Shown: piece by piece, positions 48,395 to 61,343 of the stretch | Layout of the letters: every line of letters starts with the position of its first letter | How positions within the stretch are numbered: the first letter of the stretch is position 1 | Assembly (NCBI GenBank): GCA_945876945.1 | Contig: CAMCQE010000002.1 | Coordinates: forward strand, 2,985 to 66,984 | Length of the DNA stretch: 64,000 nt | DNA from: Klebsiella pneumoniae | GTDB taxonomy: Bacteria > Pseudomonadota > Gammaproteobacteria > Ga0077536 | Direction: 5' to 3' | Position numbers and translations under genes: made by a program | The notes under the pieces: generated by a model | Seen by the model: the letters and a program-made list of their open reading frames with translations, nothing else | Databases searched by the model: none | What the model was told of the DNA's origin: nothing

Positions 48395-49036
48395 ATGCTT
48401 GCTTATCAACAGTCTTTTATCGAATTTGCGTTAGCGCGCCGCGCGCTCCGCTTCGGCAGTTTCACCCTGAAATCCGGGCGCCAGAGCCCGTATTTTTTCA
48501 ACACCGGCGTGTTTGACTCAGGCAGCGCACTGCGGCGACTCGGTGAGTACTACGCCGCCGCGCTGGTGGAGTCCGGCCTCGCCTTCGACATGCTATTTGG
48601 GCCTGCCTACAAAGGCATCCCGCTGGGCGCCGCCATCGCGATTGCGCTCGATCGGGACCACGGCCGGGATGTGCCGTTCTGTTTCAATCGCAAGGAAGCG
48701 AAGGACCACGGCGAGGGCGGCATGACGCTGGGCGCGCCACTCGCCGGCAACGTCGTCATTGTTGACGATGTCATCTCCGCCGGGACCTCGGTTAACGAAT
48801 CGGTGGCGATAATTCAGGGCGCCGGCGCTACGCCCGCCGGCGTGCTGATTTCTCTGGACCGTCAGGAACGCGGGCAGGGCGCGCTATCCGCCGCTCAGGA
48901 AGTTCGGGAACGTCACGGTATCCCGGTGCACAGCATTGTGCGTCTTGAGCATATTGTGGAGTTCCTTGGCACCGGAGGGGAGGGCGCTGAGGCGCTGGCC
49001 GCGATCCAAAGCTATCGACAAACTTATGGGGCCTGA
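48395..49036 (+). CDS. pyrE: Orotate phosphoribosyltransferase
   Basis: 213 aa. [14 protein letters not shown] and [13 protein letters not shown]. Confidence 0.95.
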   Translation: MLAYQQSFIEFALARRALRFGSFTLKSGRQSPYFFNTGVFDSGSALRRLGEYYAAALVESGLAFDMLFGPAYKGIPLGAAIAIALDRDHGRDVPFCFNRKEAKDHGEGGMTLGAPLAGNVVIVDDVISAGTSVNESVAIIQGAGATPAGVLISLDRQERGQGALSAAQEVRERHGIPVHSIVRLEHIVEFLGTGGEGAEALAAIQSYRQTYGA

Positions 49037-49073
49037 TCGAACTCAGCCGCCAACACAGGAGCCACAGAACGCC

Positions 49074-49727
49074 ATGCACGTTCATCGCGCAAAAACACAC
49101 ATCAGCGAGACCGCCCGCGCCCTGATGATGCTCTCGGCAATGGTCTTCGCGAGCACCGCCAACGCCGGCATCAAGTGCTGGAAGAACCACGAAGGCGTGC
49201 GCGAATGCGGCAACGTAGTGCCCCCCGAGTATGCGCAGGAGGGGCACGAAGAAAAATCGAAATCCGGCCGCACCATCGGGGCTCAGGGCCGAGCGCAAAG
49301 CGCCGAGGAGCTGGCTGCCGAGAAAGCCGAACAGGCCACGAAGGCAGCAGCAGCGGAGGCGGCCAACGCGGCCACGAAGCGTCTGGCCGAGTCCGACCGC
49401 GTGCTACTCGCCACTTTTGCCTCGGAAGACGACCTCACCATGGCGCGCGACGGCCAGCTCGCAAACGTGGAGTCGCAAATCAAGCTCAGCGAAACCCACA
49501 TCAAAAAGCTCGATAAATCGCTGGATCAGATGATTGCGGGCGCGGCTGACCATGAGAAGCACAACAGGCCGGTGCCGAAGGACGTTAGCAGCAGCATCGA
49601 GAATACCCGCCAGCAGATTACTGACGAGAAAAAATTCATTGCGGCCAGACGCGCCGAGGAAGATGCCATTCGGGAGAAGTTTGCGGGGGACATCGCCCGC
49701 TTTCGGGAACTCCGCCAGCCGCGCTAA
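49074..49727 (+). CDS. Secreted DUF4124-like protein with a long coiled-coil tail
   Basis: ORF 48936..49727, trimmed to ATG 49074. Signal peptide ...MVFASTANA. IKCWKNHEGVRECGNVVPPEY resembles the DUF4124 beta-hairpin. The remainder is heptad-like and Ala/Glu/Lys-rich. Confidence 0.55.
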   Translation: MHVHRAKTHISETARALMMLSAMVFASTANAGIKCWKNHEGVRECGNVVPPEYAQEGHEEKSKSGRTIGAQGRAQSAEELAAEKAEQATKAAAAEAANAATKRLAESDRVLLATFASEDDLTMARDGQLANVESQIKLSETHIKKLDKSLDQMIAGAADHEKHNRPVPKDVSSSIENTRQQITDEKKFIAARRAEEDAIREKFAGDIARFRELRQPR

Positions 49728-49733
49728 TGCGCC

Positions 49734-53769
<4,036 letters not shown>

Positions 53770-55042
53770 TCAGTTCAATGAGCCAGCGAGCCAGCAAGGA
53801 TTTCGGCGCTTTACCCAGTTCGCGGCCGCCATCGGCCCAATAAACGGAAAGTTGGTTGTCATCACTTTCGAAGCCACTCCCTGGCATCCCCACCAGATTG
53901 GCGGCGATCATGTCGAGTTTTTTGGACTGTAATTTCGTGCGTGCGTAATCTTCGAGTCGCTCGGTTTCGGCCGCAAAACCGACCGTAAATGGACGCTCGG
54001 CCGAAGCCGAAACGGCTGCCAGTATATCTGTCGTCGGCACCAGATTAATGCTCATCGCGGCGCCGCTTTTCTTGATCTTCGCGGTCGCGGGCGCAGCGAC
54101 CGTGTAGTCCGCGACGGCTGCAGTCCCAATGAAAATATCGCAATTCGCTGAGCGCGAAAGCACAGCATCATGCATTTCGGCGGCGCTGCGCACATTGATG
54201 ACTTCGCAACCGCGTGGCGGCGCGATAGTGGAGGGCCCCGCCACTAGCGTCACGCGGGCGCCGGCTGCCAGCGCGGCCGCCGCAACGGCAAATCCCATCT
54301 TCCCGGAACTCCGGTTGGTGATAAAACGCACCGGATCGATCGCCTCCTGGGTCGGGCCGGCGGTGATTAGCACCTGCACGCCCGACAATTCATCGCTCCC
54401 GAACAGGCTCTCGGCCGCGGCGCAAATGGCCACCGGTTCGCTCATGCGCCCGGGTCCCACGTCGCCGCAAGCCTGGGCCCCGCTGTCTGGCCCACAGAAG
54501 TGCACGCCGCGCGCGGCCAGCAGTTCGAGGTTGGCGGCAGTGGCTGCGCTGCGCCACATTTGTTGATTCATGGCTGGCGCGAGCAACAGCGGCGCCGCGC
54601 TGGCAAGGCACAGGGTCGTGGCCAAATCGTCCGCCAAGCCGTGCGCGACTCTGGCCATAAAATCGGCGCTGGCGGGCGCCACCAGCACAAGATCCGCCCA
54701 GCGGGCCAACTCGATGTGGCCCATGGCTGCCTCGGCAGTGGGATCCAGCAAATCGACATGAACAGGCTGCCCGGACACGGCCTGAAAGGTCAGCGCTTGC
54801 ACGAACGACTGTGCGGCGGCGGTCATTACCACCTGCACCTGTGCACCCGCAGCCTTCAGCTGCCGAACGATATCCGGCGCCTTATAGGCAGCAATGCCGC
54901 CCGTCACCACCAGGCAGATTTGTTTGTCGGCGAGCCTGCTCATATGCTTGCTCCTGAAGTAGGCCTCTGGATTGTAGCGCATGGATTGCGGTCATTTACC
55001 CGGAGGTCTGCGTTTACCAGTCACTTAAACAAGGATGTTGCA

Positions 55043-55717
55043 ATGATGCTCAAGAACTTTCCGGCCGCCGAGCGGCCGCGCGAACGCCTGCTGACCCACG
55101 GCCCGCTGCCCCTGACCGACGCCGAACTTCTCGCTATTTTTCTGCGGACCGGCAGCGCCGGGCGCGATGCGCTGGGCTTGGCCCGCGAGCTGCTCCATCT
55201 CAGTGGCGGGCTGCGGCGGCTACTCGAACTCCCCTTGGAAGATTTTCTGGGGATGCCGGGACTTGGCCTCGCCCGCTACGCCGAGCTCCAGGCGGCATTG
55301 GAGCTCACCCGTCGCTATTTCCGGAGCGGGCTGGAGCAACGTGATCTGATTAGTGGTCCGCAAGGCGCGAAGGATTTTCTGGTCGCCCAGTTCAAAACCT
55401 TGCGCCGGGAAGTTTTTGCGTGCCTCTTTCTGGACACCCGACATCAGTTGATCGCGTTTGAAACGCTGTTTTTTGGCACGCTGGACGCGACGACCGTCCA
55501 TCCTCGCGAGGTGGTCAGGCGCGTGCTGGAGCTCAACGCCGCGGCGGTGATTCTCGCCCACAACCATCCCTCGGGAGTGGCGGAACCCAGCGCTGCGGAC
55601 CAAGCGTTGACCCAGCGTTTGCGCGACGCCCTCGCGCTGATCGACGTGCGTGTGCTGGACCACATCGTGGCGGGTGACGGCTCTGCGGTGTCTTTTGCGG
55701 ACCGGGGTTGGCTCTGA
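55043..55717 (+). CDS. radC: RadC-family (JAMM-like) protein
   Basis: ORF 54500..55717, trimmed to ATG 55043 (MMLKNFPAAERPRERLL..G...L.DAELLAI.LRTG). HNHPSG motif. The upstream part of the ORF is antisense to coaBC. Confidence 0.9.
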   Translation: MMLKNFPAAERPRERLLTHGPLPLTDAELLAIFLRTGSAGRDALGLARELLHLSGGLRRLLELPLEDFLGMPGLGLARYAELQAALELTRRYFRSGLEQRDLISGPQGAKDFLVAQFKTLRREVFACLFLDTRHQLIAFETLFFGTLDATTVHPREVVRRVLELNAAAVILAHNHPSGVAEPSAADQALTQRLRDALALIDVRVLDHIVAGDGSAVSFADRGWL

Positions 55718-55730
55718 TCTGGAAAAAGTC

Positions 55731-55759
55731 TTGGCTCATGCGCGCAAAGCGGCTAGACT
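55731..55759 (+). promoter_or_regulatory. Candidate sigma70 promoter for rpmB-rpmG
   Basis: TTGGCT-N17-TAGACT, ending 38 nt upstream of the rpmB ATG. Confidence 0.35.
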
Positions 55760-55797
55760 CCGTCGCCCGCTAGATCATAACCATAGGCACGAGTGTC

Positions 55798-56034
55798 ATG
55801 TCCCGAGTTTGTCAGGTCACCGGTAAGGGTCCGATGTCCGGTAACAATGTCTCCCACGCGAACAACAAGACGCGTCGGCGGTATTTGCCGAACCTTCATT
55901 CGCGTCGCATCTGGGTCGACAGCGAACAACGCTTCGTTACCCTGCGCGTCAGCAGCCATGGTTTACGGATTATCGACAAGCGCGGCATTGATGTCGTTCT
56001 GAAAGAACTCCGCGCTCGCGGCGAAAAAGTCTGA
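55798..56034 (+). CDS. rpmB: 50S ribosomal protein L28
   Basis: 78 aa. [31 protein letters not shown]. Confidence 0.97.
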   Translation: MSRVCQVTGKGPMSGNNVSHANNKTRRRYLPNLHSRRIWVDSEQRFVTLRVSSHGLRIIDKRGIDVVLKELRARGEKV

Positions 56035-56046
56035 GGTTGAGCAGCC

Positions 56047-56202
56047 ATGCAGGAAAAAATCAAACTCGTGTCTAGCGCCGGAACCGGCCACTTCTACACC
56101 ACGACCAAAAACAAGCGTAACAACCCGGAAAAGCTGAAGCGCAAAAAGTTCGACCCGGTGGTTCGTCGCTACGTCGATTACAACGAGGCCAAGATCAAGT
56201 AA
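56047..56202 (+). CDS. rpmG: 50S ribosomal protein L33
   Basis: Not in the ORF track (51 aa). My translation from ATG 56047: [51 protein letters not shown], stop at 56200-56202. Confidence 0.95.
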   Translation: MQEKIKLVSSAGTGHFYTTTKNKRNNPEKLKRKKFDPVVRRYVDYNEAKIK

Positions 56203-56224
56203 TTGCACTTGAGCCCTTCGTCAG

Positions 56225-56250
56225 AAAAGCCCGCTACTGCGGGCTTTTTT
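56225..56250. terminator. Bidirectional rho-independent terminator between rpmG (+) and desA (-)
   Basis: AAAAGCCCGC-tact-GCGGGCTTTTTT gives a U-tract after the hairpin on both strands. Confidence 0.8.
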
Positions 56251-56260
56251 GTGCCCGCCA

Positions 56261-57448
56261 TCAAGCGACCAAGCGATAACCGGCAAGCCTTCGCGCGAAC
56301 TCTTCCAGCGCCGCGATTCCGGTCGCTTCAGCCGCCTCACACCATTCCTGCAGGCTCTGCAGCAGGCGCTCCTGACTGGCTTGACGCTCGCTGAACAGCA
56401 TCAGCAATCGCTGCTGGAACTCATACACAGTGGCCAGCGCCCGACTTTTGCTCAAGCCATCCCGCAAATAAGCCCGCTCCCGCTCGCCGAGCCGATGATC
56501 CGCGCGCGGAATCAGTCGCTTGAGCGGCTGCAGCTCGTGGCGTTCCGCCCTGGGTGCGCCGGCGACCTCATCTTGATGTACCCGATACACGACCCGCCGC
56601 GCATAATCGGCGAGTACATGCACGTGACCGCCGACGACAGCGCGGAGCGTTTCGAGATCCACGCTCGATTTGCCGGCATCCACCATTGGCGCACGCACGA
56701 CCCGCTTTACGCTCGCCAGCCCCAGTAATTCCAGCCCGCGGATATAGGCCCAGCCGATATCAAACTCCCAGGGGCGCATGGAGAAACGGGCAGAGGTCGC
56801 AAACGCGTGATGATTGTTATGTAACTCCTCGCCCCCGATCAGCAGCCCCCACGGCAGCAGATTGGTAGAACCATCCTGCGTCTCGAAATTGCGATATCCC
56901 CGCCAATGGCCAAGGCCATTGATGACCCCGGCGGCAAACAAAGGGATCCAAATCATCTGGACCGCCCACACGGTCAAGCCCAGCACCCCGAACAGCAGTA
57001 AATCCAGCAGCAGCATCAAGGCCACGCCGTGAATGGTGAGGCGGCTATAGACGTGCTGCTCCAGCCAGTCTTCTGGCGTTCCGTGGCCATATTTGGCCAG
57101 CGTTGCCCGGTCGTTTACAGCCTCGCGGTAGAGCTCGGCGCCCTCAAAAAAGACTTTCTTAATGCCAAACACCTGCGGACTGTGCGGGTCGCCGGCCTGC
57201 TCGACGAAGGCGTGGTGTTTCCGATGCACGGCGGTCCAGCCCTTGGTCGACATGCCGGTGGTCAGCCAGAGCCATGCCCGGAACACATGCGCTACCGCCG
57301 GATGGAGCGACAGCGCGCGGTGCGCCTGATGCCGGTGCAAGTACAGGGTCACGGCAATAATCGTGAAGTGAGTCATCAGCAGCGCAGCCAGCATCACGCC
57401 CCACCAGGGCAGATCCAGCAGGCCATCGCGCGCGAAATCGGTAATCAT
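56261..57448 (-). CDS. desA: Membrane fatty-acid (Delta9-type, DesA-like) desaturase
   Basis: ORF 56261..57520, trimmed to MITDFARDGLLDLPWWG (ATG 57448). Three His boxes: HRHQAH, HRKHHAF, HNNHHAF. About 395 aa, like Pseudomonas DesA. Confidence 0.85.
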   Translation of the reverse strand: MITDFARDGLLDLPWWGVMLAALLMTHFTIIAVTLYLHRHQAHRALSLHPAVAHVFRAWLWLTTGMSTKGWTAVHRKHHAFVEQAGDPHSPQVFGIKKVFFEGAELYREAVNDRATLAKYGHGTPEDWLEQHVYSRLTIHGVALMLLLDLLLFGVLGLTVWAVQMIWIPLFAAGVINGLGHWRGYRNFETQDGSTNLLPWGLLIGGEELHNNHHAFATSARFSMRPWEFDIGWAYIRGLELLGLASVKRVVRAPMVDAGKSSVDLETLRAVVGGHVHVLADYARRVVYRVHQDEVAGAPRAERHELQPLKRLIPRADHRLGERERAYLRDGLSKSRALATVYEFQQRLLMLFSERQASQERLLQSLQEWCEAAEATGIAALEEFARRLAGYRLVA

Positions 57449-57450
57449 GG

Positions 57451-57504
57451 GCCACCTTGTTCCGCAGGAAATCGTGATGAATCTTCCTCCACCCAGAAGG
57501 TGGC
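57451..57504 (-). promoter_or_regulatory. 8-bp perfect inverted repeat (GCCACCTT...AAGGTGGC) whose 3' arm is the SD-like AAGGUGG just before the desA AUG
   Basis: - strand leader: UUGCGU-GCCACCUU-(38 nt)-AAGGUGGC-CC-AUG. The 38-nt loop has an internal GGAAG/UUUCC helix. Confidence 0.35.
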
Positions 57505-57562
57505 ACGCAATGCGGCGCACGTGGCTTGGCAGGATCGCCCGGCGTGCGAAGAATCAACCCGC

Positions 57563-58480
57563 ATGAGTGCAGACATTCTGCTGGAAGCGCGCGGGCTATC
57601 TTGCGTTTACGGGCGCCGTCTGGTGGTCGACGGCTTGAGCCTGCAGCTACGGCGCGGGGAATGTTTGGGCCTGTTGGGCCTGAACGGCGCGGGTAAATCG
57701 ACCGTGCTCAAGCTCTTGAGCGGGGTGCTGGCGCCGCACGCCGGCGAGGTCTTCATCGACGGCGTCAATCTCGGCCGCAGGCCGCTTCGCGCCAAACGAC
57801 AACTGGGCTATCTACCCGACGTGCCGCCGCTATACCCGGATATGACGGTGCAGGAATTTCTGCTTATGTGTGCCGACTTGCACGCCGTGCCCGCGCCCGC
57901 GCAGGCCGTGCCCGAGGCCCTTCATCGGTGTGACCTGCAGGAAGTCGGCGGGCGGCTCATCCGCCACCTGTCCAAGGGCTATCAGCAGCGCGTCGGGATC
58001 GCGCAGGCGATCGTGCACCAGCCCGCGGTGCTGGTGCTCGATGAGCCGACAGTTGGACTCGATCCAAGGCAATTGTTTGAGGTTCGCCAGCTGGTGCGAG
58101 CGTTAGCGCGGGACCGCGCGGTCATTTTTTCCTCCCATCAGTTGCGCGAAGTCGAGCACACCTGCACGCGGGTTGTCATGCTGCACGGGGGCCGCATCGT
58201 CCATGAATCCTCGCTTTTGCAAAGCGCTATCGTTTTCCAACTCCGCTTGCGGGAAGCCGGGCCGCAGGCCGCGCAGGTACTCGCCACCCTGTCTGGCGTG
58301 CTGAAGGCCGAAGCGCTCGACGTCGGGGACTGGCAAGTCACGGTGGAGGACGCGGCGGTGAGCGAGCGCATTGCAGCCTGCGTGGTCGCGGCGGGCTGGG
58401 GGCTGCGCGAACTGCGCCGGCTCGAAACCCCGCTCGAGCAGACCTTCCTCACCCTGACGGCCGGAGACGAGGCCGCATGA
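57563..58480 (+). CDS. ABC-2-type exporter ATP-binding protein (GldA-like)
   Basis: ORF 57029..58480, trimmed to MSADILLEARGLS (ATG 57563). GLNGAGKST, LSKGYQQR, LVLDEPTVGLDP. Confidence 0.88.
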   Translation: MSADILLEARGLSCVYGRRLVVDGLSLQLRRGECLGLLGLNGAGKSTVLKLLSGVLAPHAGEVFIDGVNLGRRPLRAKRQLGYLPDVPPLYPDMTVQEFLLMCADLHAVPAPAQAVPEALHRCDLQEVGGRLIRHLSKGYQQRVGIAQAIVHQPAVLVLDEPTVGLDPRQLFEVRQLVRALARDRAVIFSSHQLREVEHTCTRVVMLHGGRIVHESSLLQSAIVFQLRLREAGPQAAQVLATLSGVLKAEALDVGDWQVTVEDAAVSERIAACVVAAGWGLRELRRLETPLEQTFLTLTAGDEAA

Positions 58481-59226
58481 TTCGCGTGGTGCTCCGCCGC
58501 GAGTGGCATGGTTTCTTTCGCGGGCCGTCGGCATGGTTGGTGCTCGCGCTGGTGCAATTTCTGGTCGCGTTTCAGTTTTTAAGCCTGATTGAGCAGTTCG
58601 AGGCGGCATTGCCGCGACTGGTGCGACTGGCTCAAGCACCCGGCCTGACGGAACTGGTGGTGCAACCCCTGATGATGATGGTTGCCATGCTGCTGCTGTT
58701 CGTGGTGCCCATGCTCTCGATGTCTGCCATCGCGGGTGAACGCCGGAGCAATACGCTTTGCCTGTGGCAAAGCGCGCCGATTAGCCTGCGAGCGCTGGTG
58801 CTCGGCAAATGGCTCGGGATAGTGAGCGTGCTGGCATTGATCTGGCTGAGCACGGCCCTGCTGTGCCTCACCCTCGCCTGGGGTACCGAGCTTGACTGGA
58901 AGGCGCTCTTCAGCGCCCTCCTCGGGCTCGCCTTGTTCATACTGGCGACGAGCGCCATCGGGCTTTTTTTCTCGACCTTGGCGAGTCTGCCCGCGCTCGC
59001 GGCGCTCGGCAGCTTCACCTGCCTCCTGTTTCTGTGGGTTTGTGACTGGAGCGGTCAGTTTGACGATGCGCCCACCGTGTTTACCCGGCTGTCGATGATG
59101 GCTCACTTTCAACCACTGGCGCGTGGCCTGATGGACACCGCTGACATCGGCTACTTTTTGGTGCTGACCCTTGGCGCGCTGATGTTATCGATCTGGCGAC
59201 TGGACGGTGAACGTCGTGCCCTTTGA
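58477..59226 (+). CDS. ABC-2-type exporter permease (GldF-like)
   Basis: 249 aa, about 6 TM helices. ATGA overlap with the ATPase gene. Confidence 0.8.
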   Translation: MIRVVLRREWHGFFRGPSAWLVLALVQFLVAFQFLSLIEQFEAALPRLVRLAQAPGLTELVVQPLMMMVAMLLLFVVPMLSMSAIAGERRSNTLCLWQSAPISLRALVLGKWLGIVSVLALIWLSTALLCLTLAWGTELDWKALFSALLGLALFILATSAIGLFFSTLASLPALAALGSFTCLLFLWVCDWSGQFDDAPTVFTRLSMMAHFQPLARGLMDTADIGYFLVLTLGALMLSIWRLDGERRAL

Positions 59227-60532
59227 CCGCACCTGGCGTCGATGGCGCTACGCGCTGGAGGGTGTCGCGCTCGTCGTGAGCCTTGGCGTCATGCTCTATG
59301 GGGTGTGTTCGTATCATCTGACGGTCGACTGGACGCGCAACGAACGCCACTCACTCCACAACGCGAGCAAGTTGGCGCTGACCGCGGTCACGCTGCCGCT
59401 GACCGCCACCGTCTACCTGCCAGACCGTCACCCGCATCGGGAGTTAGCGAAAAACCTGGTCTTGCGCTATCAGCGCGCGGCCCCTGCGCTGAGCCTCCAT
59501 TTTGTGGACCCGGCCGCGGTACCTGAACTGATGCGCAATGAGGAGATCCGCGAAGGCGAGATCACCCTTAGCGCCGGCGACCGCCGCGAGCGCGTGCGCC
59601 AATACACGGAGGCGGCGTTTACCAACGCACTCATGCGACTCGCCCGCAAGGACACGCAATGGCTGGCCTTCATCACCGGACACGGCGAGCGCAGCCCCTC
59701 ACGCGGGGCCAATTTCGATCTGTCGGACTTTGCAGAAGCCTTGGCCCAGCGAGGCGTAAAAGCGCGCGAATTGAATCTGGCCGACACCCCAACCATGCCG
59801 GACAACGCGGCGGCATTGGTTATCGCGAGCCCGCAAGTCGATTTCCTGCCCGGCGAAATCACCGTGATCCAGCGCTATCTGGCGCGCGGCGGCGCCCTGC
59901 TGTGGTTGTTGGAACCGGAAGTGCCCGGTTCGCTGCAAACGCTGGCGGCGAGCCTCGGGATTACGCTCACCGGCCGCACCGTGATCGATCCGGGCGCGCA
60001 GGCCATGGGCATTGATGACCCGGCGATGGCGCTGGTCTCGCACTATGAAACGCACCCAGCGCTGGGCCGCTTTAACGCCACGGCCCTGCTGCCGCATGCC
60101 ACCCCACTGGTGGTAAAGGCGCTGCCCGGGTGGCAGCCGGCCCCTTTGTTTGTCAGCAATACCGGGGCCTGGGGCGAGCGCTCCTCACTCAAAGCCGCGG
60201 TGAGCTTCGATCCGGCCGAGGACCTGCGCGGGCCGCTGACGCTCGGGCTCGCGTTGCGCCATCAGGCACAACGCATCGTGCTGGTAGGCGACGGCGATTT
60301 CCTCTCCAATTCCTACCTGGGCAACGGAGGCAACCGCGAGCTTGGCACCCGGCTGGTGGAATGGCTTGCGGCAAACGAAACGCTGGTCGAGATCGATGCC
60401 GTCTCTGCTCCGGACTCACGCCTTGACCTCGCGCCCTGGCAAATCGGGGTGATGGGCGGCGCTTTTCTCATCGCCCTGCCGGGCGCCTGCTTACTCAACG
60501 GCCTTTGGCTCTGGTGGCGTCGTCGTGCCTGA
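59207..60532 (+). CDS. GldG-like ABC-transporter auxiliary protein (N- and C-terminal TM anchors, large periplasmic domain)
   Basis: 441 aa, GTG start overlapping the permease gene. FITGHGERS and VLVGDGDFLSNSYLGNGGNRE are typical of the GldG/ABC_transp_aux family. Confidence 0.7.
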   Translation: MNVVPFDRTWRRWRYALEGVALVVSLGVMLYGVCSYHLTVDWTRNERHSLHNASKLALTAVTLPLTATVYLPDRHPHRELAKNLVLRYQRAAPALSLHFVDPAAVPELMRNEEIREGEITLSAGDRRERVRQYTEAAFTNALMRLARKDTQWLAFITGHGERSPSRGANFDLSDFAEALAQRGVKARELNLADTPTMPDNAAALVIASPQVDFLPGEITVIQRYLARGGALLWLLEPEVPGSLQTLAASLGITLTGRTVIDPGAQAMGIDDPAMALVSHYETHPALGRFNATALLPHATPLVVKALPGWQPAPLFVSNTGAWGERSSLKAAVSFDPAEDLRGPLTLGLALRHQAQRIVLVGDGDFLSNSYLGNGGNRELGTRLVEWLAANETLVEIDAVSAPDSRLDLAPWQIGVMGGAFLIALPGACLLNGLWLWWRRRA

Positions 60533-61343
60533 ATTACCCGAAGTTGAAACAACCTGTCGCGGCGTGGCGCCGCATGTCGAAGGCCGAACCGTGAGCCGGG
60601 TGGTGGTGCGCGAGCATCGGATGCGCCAGCCAGTCCCTCCTGATTTGGCTGAAATACTGACCGGACAAGTCCTGCAAACCGTGCGGCGGCGGGCCAAATA
60701 CCTGCTGTTTCAATTTCCGCACGGACACCTGCTGGTGCATCTGGGCATGAGCGGTTCGCTCCGGGTCATCGCGCCCGACACCCCGGTAAAACCGCACGAC
60801 CACATCGACCTCGAGTTCGACGGCCAGATCTGTTTGCGCTTGCGCGACCCCCGACGCTTCGGGCTCATGCTTTGGCTAGCGGGTGAGCCTGAGGCGCATC
60901 CCTTACTGTCGAAACTGGGGCCGGAGCCGTGGGATGCGACCTTCACCGCCGAGTACCTGAGTGGCTTGGCGAGCACACGGAGCGGCGCGGTCAAAAATTT
61001 CCTCATGGATGGTCATATTGTGGTGGGCGTGGGGAACATCTACGCCAGCGAATCGCTGCATCGCGCGGGGATTCATCCGTCTCGCCCCGCCCGACGGGTC
61101 AGTCGCGAGCGCTACGCAAAACTGGTGGTGGCGGTGAAAGAGGTGTTGGAAGCGGCGATCGGGTTCGGGGGAACGACCCTTCGGGACTTCACCCGTGACG
61201 ACGGCAAACCGGGTTATTTCCGCAATGAACTGCGGGTGTATGACCGCGCCGGCGAACCTTGCCTGCAATGCGGTGAAGCGCCCATTGCGCAACGGGTGAT
61301 TGGTCAGCGCGCAAGCTACTTCTGCCCCCGTTGCCAGCGATGA
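60525..61343 (+). CDS. mutM: Formamidopyrimidine-DNA glycosylase
   Basis: MPELPEVET, and the C-terminal zinc finger CLQCG...YFCPRCQ. Confidence 0.96.
   Translation: MPELPEVETTCRGVAPHVEGRTVSRVVVREHRMRQPVPPDLAEILTGQVLQTVRRRAKYLLFQFPHGHLLVHLGMSGSLRVIAPDTPVKPHDHIDLEFDGQICLRLRDPRRFGLMLWLAGEPEAHPLLSKLGPEPWDATFTAEYLSGLASTRSGAVKNFLMDGHIVVGVGNIYASESLHRAGIHPSRPARRVSRERYAKLVVAVKEVLEAAIGFGGTTLRDFTRDDGKPGYFRNELRVYDRAGEPCLQCGEAPIAQRVIGQRASYFCPRCQR

Noticed and set aside
54500-55042. N-terminal 181 codons of the 405-aa ORF containing radC (apparent fusion protein)
   Set aside because: This part is antisense to coaBC and is Arg/Gly/His-rich. A canonical RadC N-terminus (MMLKNFPAAERPRERLL) starts at 55043.
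57029-57562. N-terminal 178 codons of the 483-aa ORF containing the ABC ATPase
   Set aside because: It overlaps desA in antisense. The ABC domain begins with a typical MSADILLEARGLS at 57563.
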